From positions 40,171-104,170 of the forward strand of contig JAJDEQ010000232.1 in NCBI GenBank assembly GCA_029259695.1: a stretch of DNA of 64,000 nucleotides. The letters are read 5' to 3'. Shown in pieces: positions 19,219-28,114 of the stretch. The position numbers and the translations under genes were made by a program. How positions within the stretch are numbered: the first letter of the stretch is position 1; each line of letters starts with the position of its first letter. Source of the stretch: Planctomycetota bacterium (lineage in GTDB: Bacteria > Planctomycetota > B15-G4). The notes beneath the pieces were generated by a model. It ran no database searches. It saw nothing but the letters and a program-made list of their open reading frames with translations, and was not told the DNA's origin.

Positions 19219-20565
19219 TCAGTCGACGCAGCGGAACTTGGTGAAGACGTACGGATAGCGATCCTGGAACCAGTTGCGCAGGCTGCGTCGCACGAGCCCC
19301 GCGTCGGTGGCCCAGGACGCACCGAGCATGACGTAGTGTCGCTCGTCGAAGAAGTCGGCCGAGTAACCGGGGTAGTGCGGCATGTAGGCGTCGAAGCCCG
19401 GCAGCGGCCCGAAGCGCGTCGAGGTCCACTCCCAACCGTTGCCCACGAGTTCGTGCACGCCGAACGCGCTGGCGCCGGCCGGGTGGCTGCCCACCGGCAC
19501 GGGGGCCCCGCGGCGCATGCCGAAGTTGCCGTGCTGCGCTGCGGGAGGCTCGTCACCCCATGGCCAGCGGCGGGTCGTGCCCTCGGGCGTCCCGTACGCA
19601 GCCCGGTGGTACTCCGCTTCCGTCGGAAGACGCCGTCCTTCCCACAAGGCGAACGCGCGGGCCTCGATCCAACTGACCGAGACCGGCCACGACGCGCTCT
19701 GGTCCCAGGGCACGTCTCCCTGCAGCGTGCGCACGAACGTCTGCCCGTCGCGCCGGCTCCAGAAGTGCGGTTGCTCGAGCCCGAGCCGGCGTCGCGCCTC
19801 GTCGGCGCCGTCCGGCCACAAGCGCGCATCGGCGTAGCCCCCGTCGGCGACGAAGGCGGCATAGCGCGCATTGGTCACGGGCAAGGCGTCGATGCTGAAC
19901 CCGGGCACGGGAACCTGCTGTGTGGGGAACTCGTTGTCCCATCCGAAGGGCTGGGCGTCGAAGTCGGCTCCCAGGCTGGCCGTCCCGGCGGGGATGGCAA
20001 CGGCTCCCGGGCGGGCGGCGCTGGTGTCAGCCTCCGGCCCCGCACGCGACGCGGCGACGGCGGCCCACGCCGGTCGCGCGGCGTCCGCTCCGCGCAGCGC
20101 ACCACCTCGCTGCTGCAGCATGTACAGCAGCGTCTCGTGGTGCATGAGTTCGTGCTCGAGAACCACGTGGTAGACCCGATCGCCGGCGGCCATGACGTCC
20201 TGGCTGCTCCGAGCGCGCACCGCGGGCAAGGCCGCGCACAGCTCGTCGCGCACCCGATCGCGGTAGGCCAGGATCTCCGTCACCGGCGGCCAGGCCTGCT
20301 CGCCCGCCGCGCCGGACGCGCTCTCCTCCAGCGGATCGATGCCGCGCTCGAACAGGTCGTCGAACAGCGGCTGGAAGCCCTCGCGTCCGAGCAGCCCGCG
20401 CACCACCTGGTTCCAGCCGAAGGCCGGGAGGTGACCGAGGTAGAACACGAACGGGTGCCGCAGGGAGATCGGCCGCTCGTGCAGCGCGTCGCTGCCCACG
20501 AGATCGAAGATCTCGTCACTGCGAGACCAGGCCGCACGCAGCCGTTCGAGAATCCGGTCGGACAT
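19219..20565 (-). CDS. egtB: Ergothioneine biosynthesis sulfoxide synthase EgtB (DinB_2 + FGE-sulfatase domains)
   Basis: FYLGHLPAF, LEHELMHHETL (DinB-like iron site). C-terminal GNGWEWT and FRCVD. Lies directly downstream of egtD. Confidence 0.85.
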   Translation of the reverse strand: MSDRILERLRAAWSRSDEIFDLVGSDALHERPISLRHPFVFYLGHLPAFGWNQVVRGLLGREGFQPLFDDLFERGIDPLEESASGAAGEQAWPPVTEILAYRDRVRDELCAALPAVRARSSQDVMAAGDRVYHVVLEHELMHHETLLYMLQQRGGALRGADAARPAWAAVAASRAGPEADTSAARPGAVAIPAGTASLGADFDAQPFGWDNEFPTQQVPVPGFSIDALPVTNARYAAFVADGGYADARLWPDGADEARRRLGLEQPHFWSRRDGQTFVRTLQGDVPWDQSASWPVSVSWIEARAFALWEGRRLPTEAEYHRAAYGTPEGTTRRWPWGDEPPAAQHGNFGMRRGAPVPVGSHPAGASAFGVHELVGNGWEWTSTRFGPLPGFDAYMPHYPGYSADFFDERHYVMLGASWATDAGLVRRSLRNWFQDRYPYVFTKFRCVD

Positions 20566-20586
20566 GGCGTCAAGCGGGGCTGCCGG

Positions 20587-21756
20587 TCAGCAGCCGTCCT
20601 TCTCGAGCAGGGCGAGCGCAAACAGCTCGTCGTCATCGGTGTACCACTCGCCGAGTCGCAACCCCGTGCCCGCCAGGCGGTCCGCCAGGGACTGGCGCGT
20701 GAACTTGCAGCTGATCTCGGTGGAGATGTCGTCGCCCACCTCGAAGTCGAGTTCGAGCGCGAGCTGGGGGATCCTCACGCGTTGGCTGCGACTGCAACGC
20801 AGGCGGATGTCGACCCATGCGTTCTCGGCATCCCACGTCGCCACGTGATCGAAGCCATCCACGTCGAAGTCCGCGCCCAACTCACGGTTGACCCGGTGCA
20901 GCAGGTTCTTGTTGAACGCCGCCGTGACCCCGGCCGCGTCGTCATACGCGGCCTCGAGACGGGCGGGGTCCTTGACCAGGTCGACACCGAGCAGGAAACC
21001 GTCACCCGGCGCGAGCAGCTCGGCGACCTTGCGCAGGAAGGTCGAGACCTCCCCCGGATGGAGGTTCCCGATCGTACCTGCCAGGAACAGCACCAGGCGG
21101 CCGCCCCCGGGCCCGAGCAGTTGGAGATCGGTGTGGAAGTCACCGTGCAGCGCGGCGGCCCGCAGCGTGGGGTAGGCCTCGCGCAGTCGTTCGACCGACT
21201 CGTGCAGGAAGGACGCGTTGATGTCGAACAGCGTGCAGGACTCGAGCAGACCCTGGTCGTCCATCGTGTCGAGCAGCAGGCGCACCTTGCGCCCGACACC
21301 GGAACCCAGTTCCACGAGTTCGCGCGGTCGCACCCGGCGGATGATGTCCCCAGCGTAGCGCTCGAGGATCGCCAGCTCGGTGCGCGTCTGGTAGTACTCG
21401 GGTTCACGCGTGATGCGATCGAACAACTCGCTTCCGCGATTGTCGTACAGGTACTTGCAGGGCAGGCACAGCACGGCGGCGCCGAGCCCCTGGCGCACGT
21501 CCGCGGCGAACTCCTCGAGGGCCGCGGCGCGCTCGGCGACATCGGCGACGGCGCGCTCGGCGGTATCGGCCGCAGCGCGCGCGGCGGCATCGGCGGCGTC
21601 AGCACCCGTCGCCGGGCAGCCTGCGGTCTTCTCCGCGCGCCCTGGCCCTCCAGCCGGCCCCACCGCTGCGCGTACGGATGACCTCGCGCCCGGACCTGGC
21701 TTGCCGGCTCCTGCGTCCGGTTCCTGGTGCGCCTCCTCCGACATCAGCGCCATCAT
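20587..21756 (-). CDS. egtD: L-histidine N-alpha-methyltransferase EgtD (Ala-rich N-terminal extension, start uncertain)
   Basis: LPCKYLYDNRGSELFDRITREPEYYQTRTELAIL, VELGSGVGRKVRLLL. 21 nt upstream of egtB. Confidence 0.85.
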   Translation of the reverse strand: MMALMSEEAHQEPDAGAGKPGPGARSSVRAAVGPAGGPGRAEKTAGCPATGADAADAAARAAADTAERAVADVAERAAALEEFAADVRQGLGAAVLCLPCKYLYDNRGSELFDRITREPEYYQTRTELAILERYAGDIIRRVRPRELVELGSGVGRKVRLLLDTMDDQGLLESCTLFDINASFLHESVERLREAYPTLRAAALHGDFHTDLQLLGPGGGRLVLFLAGTIGNLHPGEVSTFLRKVAELLAPGDGFLLGVDLVKDPARLEAAYDDAAGVTAAFNKNLLHRVNRELGADFDVDGFDHVATWDAENAWVDIRLRCSRSQRVRIPQLALELDFEVGDDISTEISCKFTRQSLADRLAGTGLRLGEWYTDDDELFALALLEKDGC

Positions 21757-21916
21757 AACGTCTGCGTGCGCTGGATCCAGGCGGCCCCGCGGCAGGGCGC
21801 ACGGCTGCTGACAACATGGTGAGAAACTGCTTTCACGAAGCCGGGGGGGGGCTCGCGCGGGCGCAACGCCGGGCGGCGGTGCAGCGTCGGTCAGCCCTTC
21901 GGCTCAGCGAGTCGGC

Positions 21917-23137
21917 TCAGCGCAGGATGGCCCGCTTGGCCCCATCGAACTGGAGCTGCGACGCATCGTTGGCGTAGCGCACGGCCATGTCCTTGCTGAT
22001 CACGTCGGCGCGCACCAGCTCCACCAGGTGGCGCTCCATCGTCATCATGCGCTCCTTCGCCTGGAGTTGCATGGTGGCGTAGATCTGGTGCCAGTTGCCG
22101 GTGCGGATCAGGTTGGAGATGGCCGAGATGTTCTTCAGGATCTCGAACACCGGCACACGACCCGTGCCGTCCTTGCGCGGAACGAGCTTCTGCGCGATCA
22201 CGAACGCGAGGCTGAAGCTCAGCTGCGACATGACCTCGCGACTGCGCTCGGCCGGGAACAGGTCGACCAGGCGACTGATCACTCCGGCCGCATCACGCGT
22301 GTGCAGCGTGCTGACCACGAGGTGACCGGTCTCGGCCGCGCTCAAGGCGAGCGACGCGGTCTCGATGTCGCGGATCTCACCCACGAAGATCACGTCCGGG
22401 TCTTCACGCAGCGCCGAGCGCAGGCCCTGATGGAAGGTCGCCGTGTCGGCGCCCAGCTCACGCTGGGAGATCAGGCACTGATCAGGCGTCATCACGTACT
22501 CGACCGGGTCCTCGAGCGTGATCACGCGCAGGCGTTGGGTCGTGTTCAGCTTCTGCATGATCGAGGCGATCGTGGTCGTCTTGCCCGAACCGGTGATGCC
22601 GCTGACGATGACCAGGCCCTGGCGCAGGTTGAGGATGTCGTCGACCACCTGCGGGTCGGGGAAGCCCAGCGACTGCGGGTCGGGAACCGAGCGTGGCAGC
22701 GAGCGGATCACGGCTGCGAGACCGTCGCGATCGTGGAAGACGTTGATGCGGAAGTTGAGGTCGGCCTCGTCGTAGTGGTATGCCGCGTCGACGTCGTCGG
22801 CGACTTCCTGTTCGAGGGTCTCGATCTGATCCTGGCGCAGCAGCGGGTAGATCAGCGCCTTGATGCAGTCGTTGGTCAGCGGCTCGCCGCCGTCGAGCAC
22901 GACCAGGTCCGAGTCGAGCCGGTAGCGCGCAGGCTGGCCGACCTTGAGGTGCATGTCCGCCAGCCGGGAGATCTCGCCCTTGCGGAATTCGTCGTCGTTG
23001 AAGCGGTTCAGCATGTCGAGGATGCTGAGCTTCTCGCCGTTCACCTCGTAGACGCTGGAGGCGTGGAAGCGGCGGCGGCGGTCACGGTAGCTGCGGCGAT
23101 CCGCAACGCCTTCGAAGGGGCTCTGGCTGTTCGACAC
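21917..23137 (-). CDS. pilT: PilT/PilU-family type IV pilus retraction-type ATPase (orphan)
   Basis: GTG 23137 preceded by GGAG (revcomp of 23150-23153). Walker A SGITGSGKTTT, Walker B/Asp box DPDVIFVGEIRD, His box TGHLVVSTLHT. Confidence 0.85.
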   Translation of the reverse strand: MSNSQSPFEGVADRRSYRDRRRRFHASSVYEVNGEKLSILDMLNRFNDDEFRKGEISRLADMHLKVGQPARYRLDSDLVVLDGGEPLTNDCIKALIYPLLRQDQIETLEQEVADDVDAAYHYDEADLNFRINVFHDRDGLAAVIRSLPRSVPDPQSLGFPDPQVVDDILNLRQGLVIVSGITGSGKTTTIASIMQKLNTTQRLRVITLEDPVEYVMTPDQCLISQRELGADTATFHQGLRSALREDPDVIFVGEIRDIETASLALSAAETGHLVVSTLHTRDAAGVISRLVDLFPAERSREVMSQLSFSLAFVIAQKLVPRKDGTGRVPVFEILKNISAISNLIRTGNWHQIYATMQLQAKERMMTMERHLVELVRADVISKDMAVRYANDASQLQFDGAKRAILR

Positions 23138-23530
23138 GGTCGCTCGATCTCCTGAGGGGGCCGCGGGGCCCGGCCGGGCGGAATGACCCTCCCCTTCTCG
23201 GCATTCGAGCGGTCGGGACTTGCGGACGAAGCAGCGCTCGAACGCTCGCGGCCCCAGGCCCCAGCCAGCCCCCGGCCAAGCCCCTCCAGGGCCGATTCCC
23301 GCCGATCCGGGGCCGCCTCGCCGATCCGGGGACGACGGGCCCCCGGGGCCGCCGCCTCGCCGGATCGCCCGGGCCGAGCCCACCCCCCAGCGGGAGCCCG
23401 CGCCGGTTTCCCGGCCGTGGCCCGCGCCCTATGCTCTGCCCCACCCGGCTGCCGCACGGCTGACGAGCGACGACCACGACCGCTCGGTGCGTGCGTCTCC
23501 TGCGTCGCCCCCTCTCCCACCGGAAGTCCC

Positions 23531-24031
23531 ATGGAACGCTGGTCGATCGAACTCGCGAAGGAGTACCACAAGTTCTCCTCCGCCCACTTCCTCATCTTTC
23601 CCGACGGCAGCGCCGAGCGGCTCCACGGCCACAACTACCGGGTCTTCGTGGAGGTCGATGCCGCCCTCTCGCAGTTCGGGCTGGTGGTCGACTTCAAGAT
23701 GATCAAACCGATCGTGCGGGAGCTCGTGGACGAACTCGACGAGCACTGGCTGCTCCCCGGTGAACACGAGCACCTCCAGGTGACGCGCCGGGACGACGGC
23801 ATCACCGAGGTGCGCTACATGGAACGCTACTACGCCGCCCCCCACGAGGACGTGATCGTGATGCCGATGAACAACATCAGCGCCGAGAACCTCGCCACCT
23901 GGATGGGCCGACAGTTGCACAAGCGCCTGGGCGCACGCTTCCCCGACCTCGCCGTGCGTCAACTGCGCTGCGCGGTGGAGGAGACCGCGGGACAACGCGG
24001 CGTCTACCACTTCGAGCACGGGGACGACTGA
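23531..24031 (+). CDS. 6-pyruvoyl-tetrahydropterin synthase / QueD-family protein (non-canonical)
   Basis: Last 166 aa of ORF 23183..24031 from ATG 23531. FSSAHFL...RLHGHNY zinc-His motif and C-terminal VEETAGQRGVY. The Cys of the Cx3HGH motif is absent. Confidence 0.8.
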   Translation: MERWSIELAKEYHKFSSAHFLIFPDGSAERLHGHNYRVFVEVDAALSQFGLVVDFKMIKPIVRELVDELDEHWLLPGEHEHLQVTRRDDGITEVRYMERYYAAPHEDVIVMPMNNISAENLATWMGRQLHKRLGARFPDLAVRQLRCAVEETAGQRGVYHFEHGDD

Positions 24032-24032
24032 G

Positions 24033-24653
24033 TTGCCACGCCTGCTGGTGACGGGCTTCGAGCCGTTCGGCGGAGAACCGACGAATCCGTCGCTCGAGCT
24101 CGTCCGCTGGCTCGAGCAGGGAGCCGCGCGGGAACGCGGCGTGTCGCTGGACACGGCGGTGATGCCCGTGGACCGCAGCCGCTACGCCGCAGCCCTGGCC
24201 GAACTCATCGAACGCCGACGCCCGCATGCCGTCATCGCCCTGGGACAGGCCACCGGCCGGCCCACGATCGACCTCGAGTCCACCGCGCACAACGCGATCG
24301 ACTACCGCGGGCAACGGGACAACGGGGGGCACGAGGCCCTGGGAGAAGCGCTCGAACCGAACGGGCCCGAGGCGTTGGAGACCCCCATCGCCCTGGGCAC
24401 CGTGCGCGCGGCGCTGGTGCACGGCGGACACCCGGTGGCCCTCTCGACGGACGCCGGTCGGCACCTGTGCAACGCCTTGTACTACGACCTGTTGCGGCGG
24501 CGCGTCCCGGCCTTGTTCGTGCACGTCCCGCTGCTCCCGGAACAGGCGGCACGGCGGGGTCTCGGTGAGCCCAGCCTCGACGCCGACGTCACCCGGGCGT
24601 GCCTGCTCGACCTGCTCCAGCTGCTCCCGGAGCATCTCCCGGCTCGCCCGTAG
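24033..24653 (+). CDS. pcp: Pyroglutamyl-peptidase I
   Basis: TTG start 1 nt after the QueD-like stop. LVTGFEPFGGEPTNPS, GRHLCNALYY (catalytic Cys), FVHVP (His). Confidence 0.85.
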   Translation: MPRLLVTGFEPFGGEPTNPSLELVRWLEQGAARERGVSLDTAVMPVDRSRYAAALAELIERRRPHAVIALGQATGRPTIDLESTAHNAIDYRGQRDNGGHEALGEALEPNGPEALETPIALGTVRAALVHGGHPVALSTDAGRHLCNALYYDLLRRRVPALFVHVPLLPEQAARRGLGEPSLDADVTRACLLDLLQLLPEHLPARP

Positions 24654-26064
24654 GACGCCGGCCGGGGGACGCCCGTCGCGGCGGGCGCGCCGCCTCACGC
24701 GCCTCCCGGCGCGCCGCAGCACGACGGCTGCGCAGCTCCGCCAGGCGCTCGGCCAAGGCTGCTTCGGCCCCCGCGCGGGTCGGCTCGTAGAACGTCTCCC
24801 GGGCCAGGGCCTCGGGCAGGTGGAGCTGAGGCGTGAGCTTGCCCAGGGCGCCGTGCGGATTCACGTAACCCCGACCGTGCCCGGCCGCCTGCGCGAGAGC
24901 GTCGGGAGCGTTGCGCAGGTCCAACGGGACGGGCAGCGAGCCCGTGCGCTCGACGGCCTCGCGCGCCTTGCGACAGGCGCGGTAGATCGCATCCGACTTG
25001 GGTGCCAGTGCCAGATAGACCGCCGCCTGGACGAGCGCCGCGTCCCCTTCGGGCAGACCCAGGAAGCGCACGGCCTCCAGCGCCGAGAGCGCGACGCCCA
25101 ACGCCGCGGGGTCGGCCAGGCCGATGTCCTCGCTGGCCATGCGCACCAGGCGGCGGGCCACCACCGTCGGGTCTTCGCCGGCCACCAACATGCGCTGGAC
25201 GTAGTACGCAGCCGCATCCGGGTCACTGCCTCGCAACGCCTTGTGCAACGCGCTGAGCAGGTCGTAGTGGGCGTCACCGGCCTTGTCATGGCGCGCCACC
25301 AGAGCGCCTCGCGCCCGCTCGACGTGCTCGGCGCGCAGCAACCCGGAGGCGACCCTGCCCGACTCACCGGCCGGCATCGAAGCCTCGACCAGGCGCACCG
25401 CCTGCTCGAGGTGATTGAGCAGCCGTCGCGCGTCGCCGCCCGAGGCCGACACGAGTGCCTCGATGGCGCCCCCGTCCGGATCCAGTTCCACACCGAGCGC
25501 CCCCAGTCCGTGCTGCGGGTCGGCCAGCGCGCGCCGCACGAGTTCGCCGAGGTGCGACGACTCGAGCGCCGCCAGGCGAACCACACGACAGCGGCTGAGC
25601 AGGGCCGCATTCACATGGAAGCTCGGGTTCTCGGTCGTGGCCCCCACGAGCACGACGCGGCCGTCCTCGACCTGGTGCAACAGGGCGTCCTGCTGGCCCT
25701 TGTGGAAGCGGTGGATCTCGTCCACGAAGAGCAGCGTGGGGCGACCGGCCGCGAGGCGTTCCTCCGCGGCGCTGAGCACCCGGCGCAGGTCGGCCACGCC
25801 CGACGACACCGCCGAGAGCGCCACGAGCTCGTGTCGGGACTCCCGGGCGATGAGGCGTGCCAGGGTGGTCTTGCCGCACCCGGGCGGCCCCCACAACAGC
25901 AGCGAGGAGAGCCGGCCCGAGGCGATCTCGGCACGGAGCAGCGCGCCGTCGGCCAGGATCTCGTCCTGTCCCAGGAGCGCGGCGAGGCTGTCCGGGCGCA
26001 GGCGTTCGGCGAGCGGGGCTCGCTCCCCCGCCCGGCGACGACCGGCATCGGCGAAGAGGTTCAT
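24589..26064 (-). CDS. rarA: Replication-associated recombination protein A (AAA+ ATPase)
   Basis: Start trimmed to ATG 26064 (MNLFAD). GPPGCGKTTLARLIA, LFVDEIHRFHKGQQDALL, GATTENPSF, SGGDARRLLN, HYDLLSALHKALRGSD. The low-complexity C-terminal tail overlaps the pcp 3' end. Confidence 0.9.
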   Translation of the reverse strand: MNLFADAGRRRAGERAPLAERLRPDSLAALLGQDEILADGALLRAEIASGRLSSLLLWGPPGCGKTTLARLIARESRHELVALSAVSSGVADLRRVLSAAEERLAAGRPTLLFVDEIHRFHKGQQDALLHQVEDGRVVLVGATTENPSFHVNAALLSRCRVVRLAALESSHLGELVRRALADPQHGLGALGVELDPDGGAIEALVSASGGDARRLLNHLEQAVRLVEASMPAGESGRVASGLLRAEHVERARGALVARHDKAGDAHYDLLSALHKALRGSDPDAAAYYVQRMLVAGEDPTVVARRLVRMASEDIGLADPAALGVALSALEAVRFLGLPEGDAALVQAAVYLALAPKSDAIYRACRKAREAVERTGSLPVPLDLRNAPDALAQAAGHGRGYVNPHGALGKLTPQLHLPEALARETFYEPTRAGAEAALAERLAELRSRRAAARREAREAARPPRRASPGRRPTGEPGDAPGAAGAGRAGTPG

Positions 26065-26238
26065 GGAGTCACGCAGGTGTGGGAGTCGGGGCTGTGGCGC
26101 ATCGAGCGGCTGGCCGGAGGTCATCCCCCGGGGCACGAAACGCACGCGACCCAGCGGCCTCGGCCGGGCCGTGGTGGAGCGCCGGAGGCAGCGCGCGATG
26201 CCGGGAGTCAGTATAAGGAGCGGCGACAGGAGGTCCCC

Positions 26239-26652
26239 ATGGTCCGCATCGACATCCGCTACGAAGGCGACCTGCACTGCGCCTGCACCCACGAACCCTC
26301 GGGTTCCGAGCTCACCACCGACGCCCCGCTGGACAACCAGGGCCGGGGGGAGTCGTTCTCGCCCACCGACCTCGTGGCCACCGCCCTGGGCTCGTGCGTG
26401 GCCACCACCATGGGCATCGTGGCGGCGCGGCACGAGGTCGACCTGCGCGGCATGCGCGTGACCGTGGTCAAGCACATGGCCTCCGAGCCGACGCGGCGCA
26501 TCGGGAAGCTGGTGACCGTGCTGCACATCCCCGGGGAGGTCTCGACCGACGACCGCCGGCGCCTCGAGGCGGCCGCCCGGCACTGCCCGGTGCACGCCAG
26601 CCTGGCCCCGGAAGTCGACGCTCCCATCACCTTCCGCTGGGGCGTAGCCTGA
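26239..26652 (+). CDS. OsmC-family peroxiredoxin-like protein
   Basis: ATG 26239 preceded by AGGAGG (26228-26233). ALGSCVATTMG and HCPVHASL (the two OsmC Cys regions). Confidence 0.85.
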   Translation: MVRIDIRYEGDLHCACTHEPSGSELTTDAPLDNQGRGESFSPTDLVATALGSCVATTMGIVAARHEVDLRGMRVTVVKHMASEPTRRIGKLVTVLHIPGEVSTDDRRRLEAAARHCPVHASLAPEVDAPITFRWGVA

Positions 26653-26715
26653 CCCGCGCCCTGCCCGGCCCCCGGCAGATCCACCCGCCCCCATCGATTG
26701 GCGAGAAACCCGCTC

Positions 26716-28107
26716 ATGAAGGATGTCGACGTCAAGGACCTGTTCGCGGACCACGAGCCCCTGCTCGGCCAGAAGCTGAGCGTGTCCGGCTGGATCCGGA
26801 CCGTCCGCAACTCCAAGAACGTCGGCTTCATCGAGCTCAACGACGGCACCTACTTCGGCAACCTGCAGGTCGTGCTGCCCGGCGAACTCCCGGGCCGCGA
26901 CGAGATCGGCGCCCTGCCGATCAGCACCGGCGTGACGATCGAAGGCGAACTCGTCGCCAGCCCCAAGGAGGGGCAGCCGTTCGAGCTGCGCGCCGAGGTG
27001 GTGCGCGTCGAGGCTCCCTCCTCCAGCGAGTTCCCGCTGCAGAAGAAGCGCCACACGTTCGAGTACCTGCGCACCATCGCCCACCTGAGGCCGCGCGGGA
27101 ACACGTTCTCGGCCGTCTTCCGGCTGCGTTCGCTGCTGGCCTTCGCGATCCACGAGTTCTTCCGTGAGCGCGGCTTCGTCTACGTCCACACGCCCATCCT
27201 GACCGCGAGCGACTGCGAGGGCTCGGGAGAGCTGTTCCGCGTGTCGACGCTCGACATGGAGAACCTCCCGCGCGACGAGGCCGGCGCCGTCGACTACGCA
27301 CAGAACCTGCTGGGCAAGGACGCCTACCTCACCGTGAGCGGCCAGTTGGAGGTCGAGACGTACTGCATGGCCTTCAAGCGTGTCTACACGTTCGGGCCGA
27401 CGTTCCGCGCCGAGAACTCCAACACGTCACGGCACGCGTGCGAGTTCTGGATGATCGAACCGGAGATCGCCTTCGCCGGGTTGCCCGAGGACATGCAACT
27501 CGCCGAGGACATGCTCAAGTCGATCGTCGGTTATGTGCGCGAGCACGCGTCGGCCGAGCTCGACTTCTTCAACCGCTTCATCGACAAGGGACTGCTCCAG
27601 CGCCTGGACACGCTGCTCGATGCGTCCTTCGAGTGCGTGACCTACACCGACGCCGTGGCGATCCTCGAGAAGGCGGATCGGAAGTTCGAGTTCCCGGTGG
27701 CGTGGGGCAAGGACCTGCAGAGCGAACACGAGCGCTACCTGACCGAGGAGTACTTCAAGTCGCCGGTCTTCGTGGTGGACTACCCCAAGGAGATCAAGGC
27801 CTTCTACATGCGCATGAACGACGACGAGCGCACGGTGTCGGCCATGGACCTGCTCGTACCGGGAGTCGGTGAGATCATCGGCGGCAGCGCGCGGGAAGAG
27901 CGCCTCGACGTCCTGCAGCAGCGCATCGACGAGACCGGGATGGACATGTCCGACTACTGGTGGTACCTCGATCTGCGCAAATACGGCGGCGTGCGCCACG
28001 CGGGCTTCGGCATGGGCTTCGAGCGCGCACTGATGTACGTCACGGGCATGGACAACATCCGCGACGTGATCCCCTTCCCGCGGACGCCCCAACACGTCGA
28101 GTTCTGA
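26716..28107 (+). CDS. asnS: Asparagine--tRNA ligase
   Basis: [20 protein letters not shown] anticodon-binding OB. Class II motifs [21 protein letters not shown] and [15 protein letters not shown] 26716 preferred over TTG 26698. Confidence 0.93.
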   Translation: MKDVDVKDLFADHEPLLGQKLSVSGWIRTVRNSKNVGFIELNDGTYFGNLQVVLPGELPGRDEIGALPISTGVTIEGELVASPKEGQPFELRAEVVRVEAPSSSEFPLQKKRHTFEYLRTIAHLRPRGNTFSAVFRLRSLLAFAIHEFFRERGFVYVHTPILTASDCEGSGELFRVSTLDMENLPRDEAGAVDYAQNLLGKDAYLTVSGQLEVETYCMAFKRVYTFGPTFRAENSNTSRHACEFWMIEPEIAFAGLPEDMQLAEDMLKSIVGYVREHASAELDFFNRFIDKGLLQRLDTLLDASFECVTYTDAVAILEKADRKFEFPVAWGKDLQSEHERYLTEEYFKSPVFVVDYPKEIKAFYMRMNDDERTVSAMDLLVPGVGEIIGGSAREERLDVLQQRIDETGMDMSDYWWYLDLRKYGGVRHAGFGMGFERALMYVTGMDNIRDVIPFPRTPQHVEF

Positions 28108-28114
28108 GGCGGCG

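Noticed and set aside
19219-20565. FGE-sulfatase domain protein as the maturase for the nearby sulfatase
   Set aside because: The N-terminal DinB_2 domain, the HELMHHETL iron site and the adjacent EgtD identify it as EgtB, not a formylglycine-generating enzyme.
23290-23370. Short GC-rich direct repeats that could suggest a CRISPR or other array
   Set aside because: The repeats are about 12-20 nt, degenerate and contiguous, without unique spacers of regular length. There are no cas genes in the window.
23183-23530. 116-codon N-terminal extension of the QueD-like ORF
   Set aside because: The extension is Pro/Arg/Ala/Ser low complexity encoded by repetitive GC-rich DNA. The conserved fold begins at MERWSIELAKEYHKFSSAHF (ATG 23531).
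21917-24031. PilT-like ATPase plus QueD-like gene as a deazaguanine DNA-modification or defence module
   Set aside because: No queC, queE, tgt/dpdA-like, nuclease or helicase partners are present. The two genes are divergent with a 393-nt gap, and the QueD-like protein lacks the catalytic Cys.
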